From an uncultured Hyphomicrobiales bacterium (lineage in GTDB: Bacteria; Pseudomonadota; Alphaproteobacteria; Rhizobiales; HXMU1428-3): 64,000 nucleotides of DNA. The translations under genes were made by a program, and so were the position numbers. The notes under the pieces were generated by a model, which made no database searches, was not told the origin of the DNA, and saw nothing but the letters and a program-made list of their open reading frames with translations. Shown in pieces: positions 45,746 to 54,874 of this stretch. The number at the start of each line of letters is the position of its first letter. The first letter of the stretch is position 1. The stretch covers positions 4,208 to 68,207 of the forward strand of contig CAXIBI010000001.1 in assembly GCA_964022305.1 (NCBI GenBank), written 5' to 3'.

Positions 45746-47290
45746 GTGTCAGACATAAAGAAACAAAATCAAGTTGTTTTTCAAACTCCTGCGCCAGATT
45801 CAAAAGATAAGGTGATTGAGGCAACGGTAGATAATTCTGCAACGCTCGAAGAAATCAACCGCATTCTGGGCGATGATACACCGCCGGCTTTAAGCAATGT
45901 CCATCTGACAGCTGACCAATTGGACACTATTGATACTGTCCTTGAACATGAAGATGATTGTATTGAAACTGTTCGCCTCAGATATTTAAGTGAACATGAC
46001 GAATTAACCGGCCAGAAGAATAGAATTAAATTGCATGAAGCGCTTGAAGACCAGATTACCTGGGCGCGCAAAAATAATTTATTTGGCTCTTTTGTTATTG
46101 CCGCTATTGATAATCTTTCAATTATTAATGACACATTTGGTTATCAGCTTGGTGATGAGGTTATTGCTGCAGTGGCTTATGAGCTTGCAAAAGCCTTGCG
46201 CAAGCATGATGTAATCGGTCGCTATTCAGCTAATAAGTTTGGTTTAATATTACCTCGTTGCGGTCCTGATGCCCTTCATAGCACAGCTAATCGCCTATTA
46301 AGTGCCATATCAGATGAACCTATTCGGACCTCAAAGGGCATTATCCCGGTGACAATTTCTATTGGCGGCGTGGTTGTTCCGCAATATGCCAATACAGCTC
46401 AAGAAGCCGTTTCTCGCTCACTTGAAGCCTTGGACAATACCAAACGTAAATCTGCAAATAGTTATGTTGTTTACGAACACTCTTCAGAACGCGAAGCTCA
46501 TAGGCAGCGCAATTTACAAATCGCTGATGAAATTATCTCCGCGCTCAATGACAAACGTATGCATTTATCACTACAACCCATTGTTGATGCTGGTACACGT
46601 GAGGCTAAGCACCATGAATGTTTACTTGTTATGGAATGTAATGACGGTGAAATGATCTCTGCAGGTGAGTTCTTGCCAATTGCTGAAAAGCTTGGTCTCT
46701 GCCGCCTTATTGATTATCGCACATTAGAACTCGCGATTGATTTATTGAAACAAGATGAGAACCTTCATCTTGCTTTAAATGTTTCAAGCCTAACAACCAA
46801 TGATCCAAACTGGTTGATCGTGATGCGCGCCAAAGCTGGCCGGGATCGTGCCGTTATTAAACGCTTGATGGTAGAAATTACAGAGACCGTTTCAATCAAT
46901 GACTTGGAAGAAACAGCAAGCTTTGTCGCGAGCCTTCGTAACCTTGGTTGCTCAGTTGCGATTGATGATTTTGGGGCTGGTTATTCTTCTTATAAAAATT
47001 TACGAGCCCTTGATGTTGATGTCGTTAAAATCGACGGTGACTACGTCAAAGACATATTAAACTGCAAAGAAGACCAAATTTTTGTGAGCTCACTGGTGGC
47101 TCTTGCAAAATCATTTAATATGAAAACCGTTGCTGAATGGGTTGATGATGAAGAAACAGCTCAATACCTTCATTCTATCGGCATTGATTATTTACAAGGC
47201 TTTGGTATTGGGAAACCACAGGTTGTTCAGATCAAATACAATCAAGACCCAGAAGATGATGCTTCTGATAATGTCGCAGCCCAAGCTTAA
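45746..47290 (+). CDS. GGDEF-EAL protein with a degenerate GGDEF site and an intact-looking EAL domain
   Basis: GGDEF-fold (DELTGQKNR, DNLSIINDTFGYQLGDEV), but the signature reads RYSANKF. EAL motifs: LQPIV...HHECLL, EITE, DDFGAGYSS, VKIDG, EWVDDEE, QGFGIGKP. GTG start. Confidence 0.9.
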   Translation: MSDIKKQNQVVFQTPAPDSKDKVIEATVDNSATLEEINRILGDDTPPALSNVHLTADQLDTIDTVLEHEDDCIETVRLRYLSEHDELTGQKNRIKLHEALEDQITWARKNNLFGSFVIAAIDNLSIINDTFGYQLGDEVIAAVAYELAKALRKHDVIGRYSANKFGLILPRCGPDALHSTANRLLSAISDEPIRTSKGIIPVTISIGGVVVPQYANTAQEAVSRSLEALDNTKRKSANSYVVYEHSSEREAHRQRNLQIADEIISALNDKRMHLSLQPIVDAGTREAKHHECLLVMECNDGEMISAGEFLPIAEKLGLCRLIDYRTLELAIDLLKQDENLHLALNVSSLTTNDPNWLIVMRAKAGRDRAVIKRLMVEITETVSINDLEETASFVASLRNLGCSVAIDDFGAGYSSYKNLRALDVDVVKIDGDYVKDILNCKEDQIFVSSLVALAKSFNMKTVAEWVDDEETAQYLHSIGIDYLQGFGIGKPQVVQIKYNQDPEDDASDNVAAQA

Positions 47291-47306
47291 ACTTATCTAA
47301 TATAAT

Positions 47307-47338
47307 AAAAGCGGAGCATTTCTTCTTGCTTCGCTTTT
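47307..47338. terminator. Bidirectional terminator between the GGDEF-EAL and DUF962-like genes
   Basis: aaaagcggagca / tgcttcgctttt stem (one G-U pair) flanked by A and T runs. Confidence 0.6.
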
Positions 47339-47351
47339 ATTCAAAATCTTT

Positions 47352-47705
47352 TTAGAAATTAAGCCTGTTCTTTCGCTCTAACTGCAACTTCAAATTCAGC
47401 ATCCACTTCTCCTTTGAGACAAAGCCAAAGCATTTTGAAATTATACAGAAAAGATAAAATCGGTTTCTTAAAAGCAGCGGGTTGATTTTTTCTATTGTAA
47501 AATGATCAAACCAGGCCAATCCATAAGCCGTTAACAAGCCTATAAGAGCCAATAATGGTTCTTGAGCAATAATGGCAGAAAAAATGATGCCAATTCCCAG
47601 TAACGTGCCTGCATAATGGAGATTACGCGTTCTCTCATCTAAATGAGCTCGTAAATAGGCGTACCAAATATCGTTATTTTTTGCGTGCTTGTTACTCTTA
47701 ACCAA
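47352..47705 (-). pseudogene. DUF962 (Mpo1-like) membrane protein gene, frameshifted in a homopolymer
   Basis: The upstream part, ..RTRNLHYAGTLLGIGIIF..AYGLAWFDHFTIEK, matches DUF962. After the T6 run at 47486-47491 (A6 in sense), the family-like sequence NQPAAFKKPILSFLYNFKMLWLCLKGEVDAEF.. continues in the -1 frame and ends at 47359. Confidence 0.6.
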
Positions 47706-47871
47706 TCCATTTGATGATCATATCTACTTCTGCCGTTAGGCACCTTTTACCTCTAAGCCATTCATTTTTCTAAAGAATTTTTGTAAAAATGCCTTCGTTT
47801 TTAAAATTTTAAATAAAAATGGAGAGGAGTTACACACCGTTTTGTAAAGTTTATCATGTAGTCTTATTCTC

Positions 47872-48165
47872 ATGAGATATACAAAGTTCATTAGTTTTTT
47901 TATTATATTACAAATGCTTATTGGTTTTGGCCTTGTGCCAATCGTTGCGCTCAAGTCACTATTGGGCCCGCTTGCTGTGCTGATTTATACTCTTACTTCC
48001 TTTTCCATACTTTCTGTCTTTGCTTTGTTAATTTGGTTTCAAAGTGCCAACAGTGTCAGGTCTCCATCAGAAGACACCAGTTCGGTTAATGCTCTTGGTT
48101 TTGGGATGATATTTGCTTTTATTATGGCTGAGATTGTCGCTGTTGTTGTTGTTGCTAAAATGTAA
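47872..48165 (+). CDS. Hypothetical small membrane protein (3 TM)
   Basis: 97-aa hydrophobic ORF. No family recognised. Confidence 0.4.
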   Translation: MRYTKFISFFIILQMLIGFGLVPIVALKSLLGPLAVLIYTLTSFSILSVFALLIWFQSANSVRSPSEDTSSVNALGFGMIFAFIMAEIVAVVVVAKM

Positions 48166-48316
48166 AGCGGCGCTCTCATTCATTTAAAAGTGCACCCTCT
48201 TCACTTGAATTTGTATCGAAAAGCATATGGACAATTCGTCTTTAAAGCATTAGATAATCGTTTGAAATTTATGTAATGCGATTTATCGCTTCCTCTTTTA
48301 AAGAATGAGACTTTTT

Positions 48317-49342
48317 ATGGGCTATAATGTTGCCATCGTCGGTGCCACAGGAAATGTGGGCCAGGAAATGCTGACCATCTTAGAAGAACGCCACTTTCCA
48401 GTAGATAAAGTATTTGCAATTGCCTCTCGTCGCTCGCTTGGACGTGAGGTGAGTTTTGGCGACCAAACGCTAAAATGTGAAGATCTCGAACAATTTGATT
48501 TCTCACAATGTGACTTTGCCTTGCTTTCAGCTGGTGGCACGATTTCTAAAGAGTGGGCCCCTAAAATCGCGGCTACTGGTTGTGTTGTGATCGATAATTC
48601 CTCAGCGTGGCGCTATGACATTGATGTGCCTCTTGTTGTGCCTGAAGTGAACGCAGAAGATCTAGATGGCTTTGCAAAGAAAAACATTATTGCCAACCCG
48701 AATTGCTCAACAGCACAACTGGTCGTGGCCCTTAAACCTCTTCATGATGTTGCCAAAATTAAACGCGTTGTTATATCAACATATCAATCTGTTTCTGGCG
48801 GCGGTAAAGAAGCTATGGATGAACTTTGGCTCCAGACCAAAGGCATTTTTGTAAATGATGAGCCAACCCCAACCAAATTCACAAAGCAAATTGCTTTTAA
48901 TGTTATTCCTCATATTGATGTGTTCATGGAAGATGGATACACCAAAGAAGAATGGAAATTGATGGTTGAGACCAAGAAAATTCTTGATCCGAAAATTAAG
49001 CTTTCAGCAACAGCTGTTCGTGTCCCTGTTTTTGTTGGCCATTCTGAAGCTGTGAATATTGAATTTGAAGAGCAGATCACGCCGGATGAAGCGCGTGACA
49101 TCTTAAGAGAAGCGCCAGGCATTATGGTTATCGATAAAAGAGAAGATGGCGGCTATATCTCACCTGTTGAATGTGTTGGTGATTTTGCAACCTTTGTTTC
49201 TCGTATTCGTGAGGATGCCACGGTTGAAAATGGTCTTTCACTTTGGGTGGTTTCTGACAACCTTCGTAAAGGTGCTGCTCTAAATACCGTGCAAATTGCT
49301 GAGTCAATGATTAACCGCAAGTTAGTTACTAAAGCGGCTTAA
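48317..49342 (+). CDS. asd: Aspartate-semialdehyde dehydrogenase
   Basis: MGYNVAIVGATGNVGQEML, NPNCSTAQLV (active-site Cys) and SGGGKEAMDEL. Start at ATG 48317; the track start is 48305. Confidence 0.95.
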   Translation: MGYNVAIVGATGNVGQEMLTILEERHFPVDKVFAIASRRSLGREVSFGDQTLKCEDLEQFDFSQCDFALLSAGGTISKEWAPKIAATGCVVIDNSSAWRYDIDVPLVVPEVNAEDLDGFAKKNIIANPNCSTAQLVVALKPLHDVAKIKRVVISTYQSVSGGGKEAMDELWLQTKGIFVNDEPTPTKFTKQIAFNVIPHIDVFMEDGYTKEEWKLMVETKKILDPKIKLSATAVRVPVFVGHSEAVNIEFEEQITPDEARDILREAPGIMVIDKREDGGYISPVECVGDFATFVSRIREDATVENGLSLWVVSDNLRKGAALNTVQIAESMINRKLVTKAA

Positions 49343-49344
49343 TA

Positions 49345-49534
49345 TCTCTCACGGCTATTCGATGAGCTGAAGCTCATCGGCCTGCGAGGGCGCGGCGCTA
49401 AGCGCCGGGCTTCATTTCTTTTGCGCTTCAGGTTGCCCACCTGCAACCACGCTGGCGTTTCGCCATGTCCTACTGCCCTAATCCGGTTGCTTGTGGGCAA
49501 CTGAAGGACAAAAAAGGGCTGAGCTCCTTCTTCG
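49345..49534 (+). repeat. Modular intergenic repeat, copy F, with two nested inverted palindromic units
   Basis: It begins 3 nt after the asd stop. TCTCTCACGGCTATT, hairpin cgatgagc-tgaa-gctcatcg, GGCGCTAAGCGCC, inserted gcgcttcaggttgcccacctgcaacc, GCCATGTCC, an inverted PU ggttgcttgtgggcaactgaagg inside the last hairpin, then CTCCTTCTTCG. Confidence 0.85.
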
Positions 49535-49574
49535 TACCGTACGTCCTAAGTTTTTTCCTTTTACAATTCCAATG

Positions 49575-49616
49575 AAAAAACGGGCCCCTTGGGGGAAAGG
49601 GCCCGTTTAGTTTTTG
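49575..49616. terminator. Bidirectional terminator between asd and the flagellin gene
   Basis: aaacgggccc / gggcccgttt stem, with A6 upstream and T5 downstream. Confidence 0.75.
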
Positions 49617-49658
49617 GAGATTTATTATTATTAAATCTCAATGTTCCTTCTAAATTAT

Positions 49659-51116
49659 TTAGAAGAGACGTAGAACGTTTTGGTCAGCTTGTGACGCTAG
49701 AGATAGCGAAGTTGATGACAATTGCTGGCGAGTTTGTAGAGCCAGTAGGTTTGCACCTTCTTCGTTTGTATCTGCTAGTGTTAGGTTCGCTGCACCAGTT
49801 TCAAGCACGTTGATCAAGCTCTTTGTAAAGTCTTGACGTGTTTCAACAACTGACAAGTTAGAACCAAACTTAGATGATTGCGCACGCAATGTGCTTGTTG
49901 CAGATGATAGATCTGCCAAAGCTGCATTGATATCGCTATCTTTTTGGAATGTGTCTGTTGAACTATCAATTCCAAGACCAGCACTGTTGAAGTTCACACC
50001 AGTTACTGTCAAAGAAGATGAGCTATCTTCGTTAAATGTAACTGTTAGGCTATCACCAGCTAGCAGGTTGTTGCCGTTAAAGCTGGCATCTGCTGCGAGT
50101 TGGTTGATTTGTGTGCGAAGTTCATCAAACTGAGCCGCAAAAGCTGTACGATCTGTATTTTCAGATGCTGCTGTTGTGCCAGCTGTGATACCAAGATCAC
50201 TCAATGGAGTTCCTGTACCTTCTGCAAGTACAAGGTCTTCACCATTTGTTGCTTCAATGCTGATTGTGCCATCGTCACCGACAGACGCTGATACATTTGA
50301 AATCGCGTTCAATGCAGATACGATTTCACTTGTTGAATCAACTTCACCTGTGCCATTGCCGAAAGTCACGGTTGTTGCAGCAGCTGTTCCAACTTGAACA
50401 GTAAAGCTATCACCATAGGCTGTGCCTGCTGTGTTGGTTGTTTCTGCAAGTGTTGTAGAAAGACCAAGTGCAGCGGCTGGAGTGTTTGTGCCTTCTGTGA
50501 CCAGAATTGATTCACCGCCAGCTGTTAATGAGAGATAACCATCGCTATCTAGGCTAGCTGTTAGGCCTGTTACAGCGTTTAGGTCAGCTAGAAGTTCAGT
50601 TGTGCCGTCACCATCTGCGATAGTGATGGTTACTGCTGATGCACCGCCCACAGAAACTGTGAAGCTGTCGCCATCTGCGATACCTGCAACGTTTGCACCG
50701 ATGTCTGTTTCACCTGTAAGATCAAGGTTACCTGTGATAGTTGCATCTGTGAAATCGTCAACAGTTCCAGCAGTTGTGTCAACTGTACCTGTTGCTGTTG
50801 CTGTGTTACCAGCTGAGTTCAATGCTTGACGAGCTGTCGCTTCAGCACTTTCAACCAATTTTGTAATCGCTTGAATGCCTTCATCAGCAGCTTTCAATGT
50901 TTGAACTGAGTTGCCTACGAAATCTTGTAGACGTGACAAGTCATTTGCGCGGCTGTTTAATGAAGACGCTGTAAAGAATGCTGTTGGATCATCCAACGCA
51001 CTGTTTACTTTAAGACCTGTTGCTAGTTTTTCTTGAGTTTTTGCTAGTGCATTCGCTGTCGATTGAAGTGACAATAGATTTGTGCGAACAGCACTTGATA
51101 GTGTAGTTTCAGCCAT
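49659..51116 (-). CDS. Flagellin
   Basis: Conserved N-terminus MAETTLSSAVRTNLLSLQSTANALAKTQEKLATGLKVNSALDDPTAFF. Conserved C-terminus ANLLALQTRQQLSSTSLSLASQADQNVLRLF. T/G/A/D-rich variable centre. Start at ATG 51116; the track start, 51194, adds 26 unlikely residues. Confidence 0.9.
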   Translation of the reverse strand: MAETTLSSAVRTNLLSLQSTANALAKTQEKLATGLKVNSALDDPTAFFTASSLNSRANDLSRLQDFVGNSVQTLKAADEGIQAITKLVESAEATARQALNSAGNTATATGTVDTTAGTVDDFTDATITGNLDLTGETDIGANVAGIADGDSFTVSVGGASAVTITIADGDGTTELLADLNAVTGLTASLDSDGYLSLTAGGESILVTEGTNTPAAALGLSTTLAETTNTAGTAYGDSFTVQVGTAAATTVTFGNGTGEVDSTSEIVSALNAISNVSASVGDDGTISIEATNGEDLVLAEGTGTPLSDLGITAGTTAASENTDRTAFAAQFDELRTQINQLAADASFNGNNLLAGDSLTVTFNEDSSSSLTVTGVNFNSAGLGIDSSTDTFQKDSDINAALADLSSATSTLRAQSSKFGSNLSVVETRQDFTKSLINVLETGAANLTLADTNEEGANLLALQTRQQLSSTSLSLASQADQNVLRLF

Positions 51117-51305
51117 TTTTACGCATACCTTTTCTAGGTTGTTGTTACTCGTCTCCCTGCGAGACGGACGCACATGTTTCGGGTGCGACATCAACGGTTA
51201 TATGAAAAGGAAGGAAAAAATTTCTTAACAAGCTGGCTTGTTTAAAGTTAGGGTTAATAAAAGGTTACACTTAATTTCATAACAAAACGTATTGCTCTTT
51301 TTTTA

Positions 51306-51341
51306 ATGAAAAACAGGCCTTTAGAGCTAAAAGGCCTGTTT
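51306..51341 (-). terminator. Terminator of the flgI operon
   Basis: aaacaggcctt / aaggcctgttt stem, with a T-run on the minus strand. Confidence 0.7.
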
Positions 51342-51410
51342 AATATTGGTTGAACCCAACTATAAATTTTGAGTGCACAAGATTATTTAGTGTTGGCGAT
51401 CTATTAATGT

Positions 51411-51890
51411 TTAAAGGTTTGTATCGATGTTAATAGCCGCACTTCGCTGGACCCCAGCATTACCAACATGACCACCAGCATTATAAACTTCTGGTCCGTT
51501 TTGTTTTTTAGCGGCTTTGCTCGCGACCGTTTGCAATATACGTTCAGACACTGCTTGCATAGCTGTGAGAGCCGCGTGATTGGCCTCAATAGAGCGCTGA
51601 AACTCTTTCTTTTGATTTTGGAGATTTTTAAGCTCGTCAGGAGCGAGCTGTCTCATCTGGTCGGCATTATTTTGGAACCGAGCCATGTGATGGGATAGCG
51701 TTGCTGTAAGCGCGCCCTTTCTTACGTGAAAGGGGGTGATCTCTTGTGTTTTTGCTTTACGCAATAAATCCGTTTCTTGATCAAGCAACGAGATAAGTTC
51801 ATGGGTGGTGTTATAGAGCTGCTCACAAAGATGCTGTGCATCCTGCTTCGTTAGGTTCTCAACACTGGGTACTTCTTGTGCCGTATTCAT
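51411..51890 (-). CDS. Flagellar operon protein, possibly an FlgN-like chaperone
   Basis: About 159-aa helical protein immediately downstream of flgI and the rod-binding gene. Start at ATG 51890, 1 nt after the upstream stop. The family assignment is weak. Confidence 0.4.
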   Translation of the reverse strand: MNTAQEVPSVENLTKQDAQHLCEQLYNTTHELISLLDQETDLLRKAKTQEITPFHVRKGALTATLSHHMARFQNNADQMRQLAPDELKNLQNQKKEFQRSIEANHAALTAMQAVSERILQTVASKAAKKQNGPEVYNAGGHVGNAGVQRSAAINIDTNL

Positions 51891-51891
51891 T

Positions 51892-52266
51892 TTAACTTTT
51901 TCCTTCTTGTGCACTCAAAATTTCGCGGTATACGTGATCTGCAATGCCAATGCCGCCAGCAGCTGAAATTGATTTTGCATATTCACCCACCACCATGGAT
52001 CGATAAACTTTTTCTGCGTGACCGCCGCCAAAGGGAGCTTCTGCTTCAATGCCAGTCCACATTTGCTCCAACATTGCTGTTAGAAAACTTGATTCAAATT
52101 CTTTGGCCGCCTTTAAAACGGCTGGGTTTTTGCCTTTATCTGCAGCGGACCCTTCTTCTAATTTAAAAACTTCGGCTTTGGCTTTCACCTGATTGGCCAG
52201 AGATTTAATGGTTTGCTTTGGCGCGCTGTAAGCTTGAAAAGCTGAAATACCTAATTGATCAGTCAT
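51892..52266 (-). CDS. Flagellar rod-binding protein (FlgJ N-terminal domain / CheL-like)
   Basis: AAKEFESSFLTAMLEQMW is the rod-binding domain signature. Located directly after flgI. Confidence 0.75.
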   Translation of the reverse strand: MTDQLGISAFQAYSAPKQTIKSLANQVKAKAEVFKLEEGSAADKGKNPAVLKAAKEFESSFLTAMLEQMWTGIEAEAPFGGGHAEKVYRSMVVGEYAKSISAAGGIGIADHVYREILSAQEGKS

Positions 52267-53426
52267 TAGAGCACCTCAATTTCTGCTTGTAGGGCACCGG
52301 CTGATTTAATCGCTTGCAGAATAGCAATCATATCTCTTGGCCCAATACCCAGCGCGTTTAAGCCATCAACTAAATCTCTTAATGTGACACCTGATCGAAG
52401 AATGGCGAGTTTCTTTTCTTTATCATCCGTGACACCAACAGCTGTTCTTGGCACCACGACTGTCTCTGCGTTTTCAGGTGCGAGCTCACCTGGTTGGCTC
52501 ACCACGGGTGTTTCTGCGATGGTCACAGTTAAATTTCCCTGAGCGATGGCAACGGTCGATATTTTCACATCTTTTCCCATCACGATGATGCCGGTGTTTT
52601 CATCTATAATCACTTTGGCTTGCTGATCAGGTTTGATGCGCAATTGCTCAATGTCTGTTAAAAGACCGATGATGTCACCGCGATAAGAATAAGGTACATC
52701 GAGGCGCACGGTTGCCGGGTCAATGGCATGAGCGGTTTTTTCACTGGTGTATGTATTGATAGCAGCAGCGATGCGTTTCGCCGTTGTTAAATCTGCATTG
52801 CGCAGAGCCAAACGCATGGTTCGGCGATCTTTTAATGCGTATTTTACTTCACGCTCAATAATCGCTCCATTTGAAATGCGGCCAACAGTTGGCACGCCTC
52901 TGGTGATGCTGGCTGCGTCTCCTTCAGCTTTGAAACCTGCAACAGCTACGGGGCCTTGACCAACTGCATAGGTGTTGCCATCTGCGGCTAGTAATGGCGT
53001 TACGAGTAAAGTTCCACCTTGTAAGCTTTTCGCGTCACCAATAGCTGAGACCGTGATGTCCATTCTTGTGCCTTGGGTTGCAAAGGGGGGCAGATTACCG
53101 GTGACCATAACTGCGGCCACATTAGCGGTTCTTAAATCAGATTCTCGTGTATTCACGCCCAAACGCTCAAGTAAGGCCTGGAGTGATTGTTTGGTAAAGG
53201 GTGAGTTGTTTAAACTATCGCCTGTGCCATTGAGACCAACAACCAGACCATAACCGACCAGTTGGTTTTCGCGAATACCTTCAAAATCCACCAAATCTTT
53301 AATTCTCGATGAGGCAAAGGCTGGTGCAATTGAGAAAGAAAGTAACTGACCACAGACAAGCAATAAAACTAGCGCTTTTTGCCTTAGGTTCTTTAACATG
53401 TCTTTTGTTTTAACTTTGTTCATCAT
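52266..53426 (-). CDS. flgI: Flagellar P-ring protein
   Basis: Signal peptide, then RIKDLVDFEGIRENQLVGYGLVVGLNGTGD, GGTLLVTPL and ALQAEIEVL. Confidence 0.95.
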   Translation of the reverse strand: MMNKVKTKDMLKNLRQKALVLLLVCGQLLSFSIAPAFASSRIKDLVDFEGIRENQLVGYGLVVGLNGTGDSLNNSPFTKQSLQALLERLGVNTRESDLRTANVAAVMVTGNLPPFATQGTRMDITVSAIGDAKSLQGGTLLVTPLLAADGNTYAVGQGPVAVAGFKAEGDAASITRGVPTVGRISNGAIIEREVKYALKDRRTMRLALRNADLTTAKRIAAAINTYTSEKTAHAIDPATVRLDVPYSYRGDIIGLLTDIEQLRIKPDQQAKVIIDENTGIIVMGKDVKISTVAIAQGNLTVTIAETPVVSQPGELAPENAETVVVPRTAVGVTDDKEKKLAILRSGVTLRDLVDGLNALGIGPRDMIAILQAIKSAGALQAEIEVL

Positions 53427-53452
53427 CTGGGTCGAATTTTCTCTTTTTGGGC

Positions 53453-53481
53453 CCCTTCAGGTTGCCCACAAGCAACCGGGG
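53453..53481 (+). repeat. Palindromic unit in the flgI/fliX divergent region
   Basis: ccttcaggttgcccacaagcaaccgggg. Confidence 0.7.
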
Positions 53482-53821
53482 CAGATCCGCAAAACAACCA
53501 ATACGTTGAATTCGTCTCTTAATTAGCGAGAAGTGTGCCAGAACTGACGAAATTATCTAAGTTGTTGTTTTTTATATATTTTCTATTTTTCCTAGATTGA
53601 AGATGATGTCTTTTTCACCTTGAGAGGGTAATTATTGCCGGTTGATTTCTTCTCTTTTTTGCTCTTCTCGGCAAATTTGACCTAGTTGTTAAGGATTTCT
53701 CAGTGAGTTCAGATATAAGGTTTTAAAAGTGACGTACATGTGGGTATTGAAAGGCTTTCAAGCCCTAAGTTTTTGAAATTATGTTAGAGTTTGATTCATT
53801 TTTTAAAAAAGGTGACTTTCA

Positions 53822-54247
53822 ATGCGGATTGAAAAACCCAAAGATCTAGCGAATATTAAGAAAAAATCATCGACAGGGCAGGCAAACTCGTCTCATGCGG
53901 CCTTTTCACTTGGAACACCAGAGCCTGCTGCAACCTTAACAGGGGCGCAAGCGAGCGCGAATATTAATAATATTGGGGCTCTTTTAAGCGCTCAAGAGGT
54001 TGATAACGCTCAAACCCAAACCGAAGTCGCGGTTAAACGTGGTACTGATATGCTGGATATGCTTGATAAACTCAAAGTTGGTTTGCTTAGCGGGCGTGTC
54101 GCGCCGTCTACCTTAAATAAATTGAGAACATTAGCCTCAAACCCGCATAATTTTGAAGGGTCTGAAAATTTGAAAAAAGTCATTAGCTCAATTGAATTAC
54201 GAGCAGAAGTGGAATTGGCTAAATTAGCACAACAAAAAACACGGTAA
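53822..54247 (+). CDS. fliX: Flagellar assembly regulator FliX
   Basis: Divergent from flgI, as in Caulobacter. ALLSAQEV..., MLDMLDKLKVGLLSGRV and IELRAEVELAKL match my recollection of the FliX family pattern. Confidence 0.7.
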   Translation: MRIEKPKDLANIKKKSSTGQANSSHAAFSLGTPEPAATLTGAQASANINNIGALLSAQEVDNAQTQTEVAVKRGTDMLDMLDKLKVGLLSGRVAPSTLNKLRTLASNPHNFEGSENLKKVISSIELRAEVELAKLAQQKTR

Positions 54248-54412
54248 TTATATTACTTTGTCACTCAATTGTCGTATTTAGCTTATTTTACTCTTTAGAT
54301 TAATCAGAAATCTTAGTTTCACTTGACTTCCACACCGATCACTTTAAATACCATTCACACTCATTAATAAATTCGACGGAAGATCGGCGTGTGAGTTAAG
54401 GAGAGGGAAGAA

Positions 54413-54871
54413 ATGGCAACAAAGAAAAATTCTAAGCCTTTAAAAACAGAGGATGGCCGCGTTATTCTACCTGAAGGTTATTTTCCTTCTGATGATGAGC
54501 CGTTTATGAATGAAATGCAGCTTGAGTATTTTCGACAAAAATTGCTCAGCTGGAAAAATGAAATTTTAGAAGCCACTAAAGAAACCATTCAACATTTACA
54601 AGACGATAGTGAAAAACATCCTGATATTGCTGATCGGGCAACATCAGAGACGGATCGATCTTTAGAGCTACGCACCAGAGACAGACAAAGAAAGCTCATT
54701 TCAAAAATTGATGAAGCGCTCATGCGCATTGATCAAGGTGAGTATGGTTATTGCGAAGAAAGTGGTGAGCCGATTGGTGTTGGCCGCTTGAATGCTCGCC
54801 CGATAGCAACACTTTCATTAGAAGCGCAAGAGCGCCACGAAAAACGCGAACGGGTTTATAAAGATTCTTAA
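54413..54871 (+). CDS. dksA: RNA polymerase-binding transcription factor DksA
   Basis: Coiled-coil tip DIADRATSETD and a C-terminal zinc-finger region YGYCEESGEPIGVGRLNARP. Confidence 0.9.
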   Translation: MATKKNSKPLKTEDGRVILPEGYFPSDDEPFMNEMQLEYFRQKLLSWKNEILEATKETIQHLQDDSEKHPDIADRATSETDRSLELRTRDRQRKLISKIDEALMRIDQGEYGYCEESGEPIGVGRLNARPIATLSLEAQERHEKRERVYKDS

Positions 54872-54874
54872 TTT

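Noticed and set aside
51250-51270. CtrA-box-like TTAA...TTAA upstream of the flagellin gene
   Set aside because: The spacing is 8 nt rather than the required 7 (TTAA-N7-TTAA), and there is no second supporting site.
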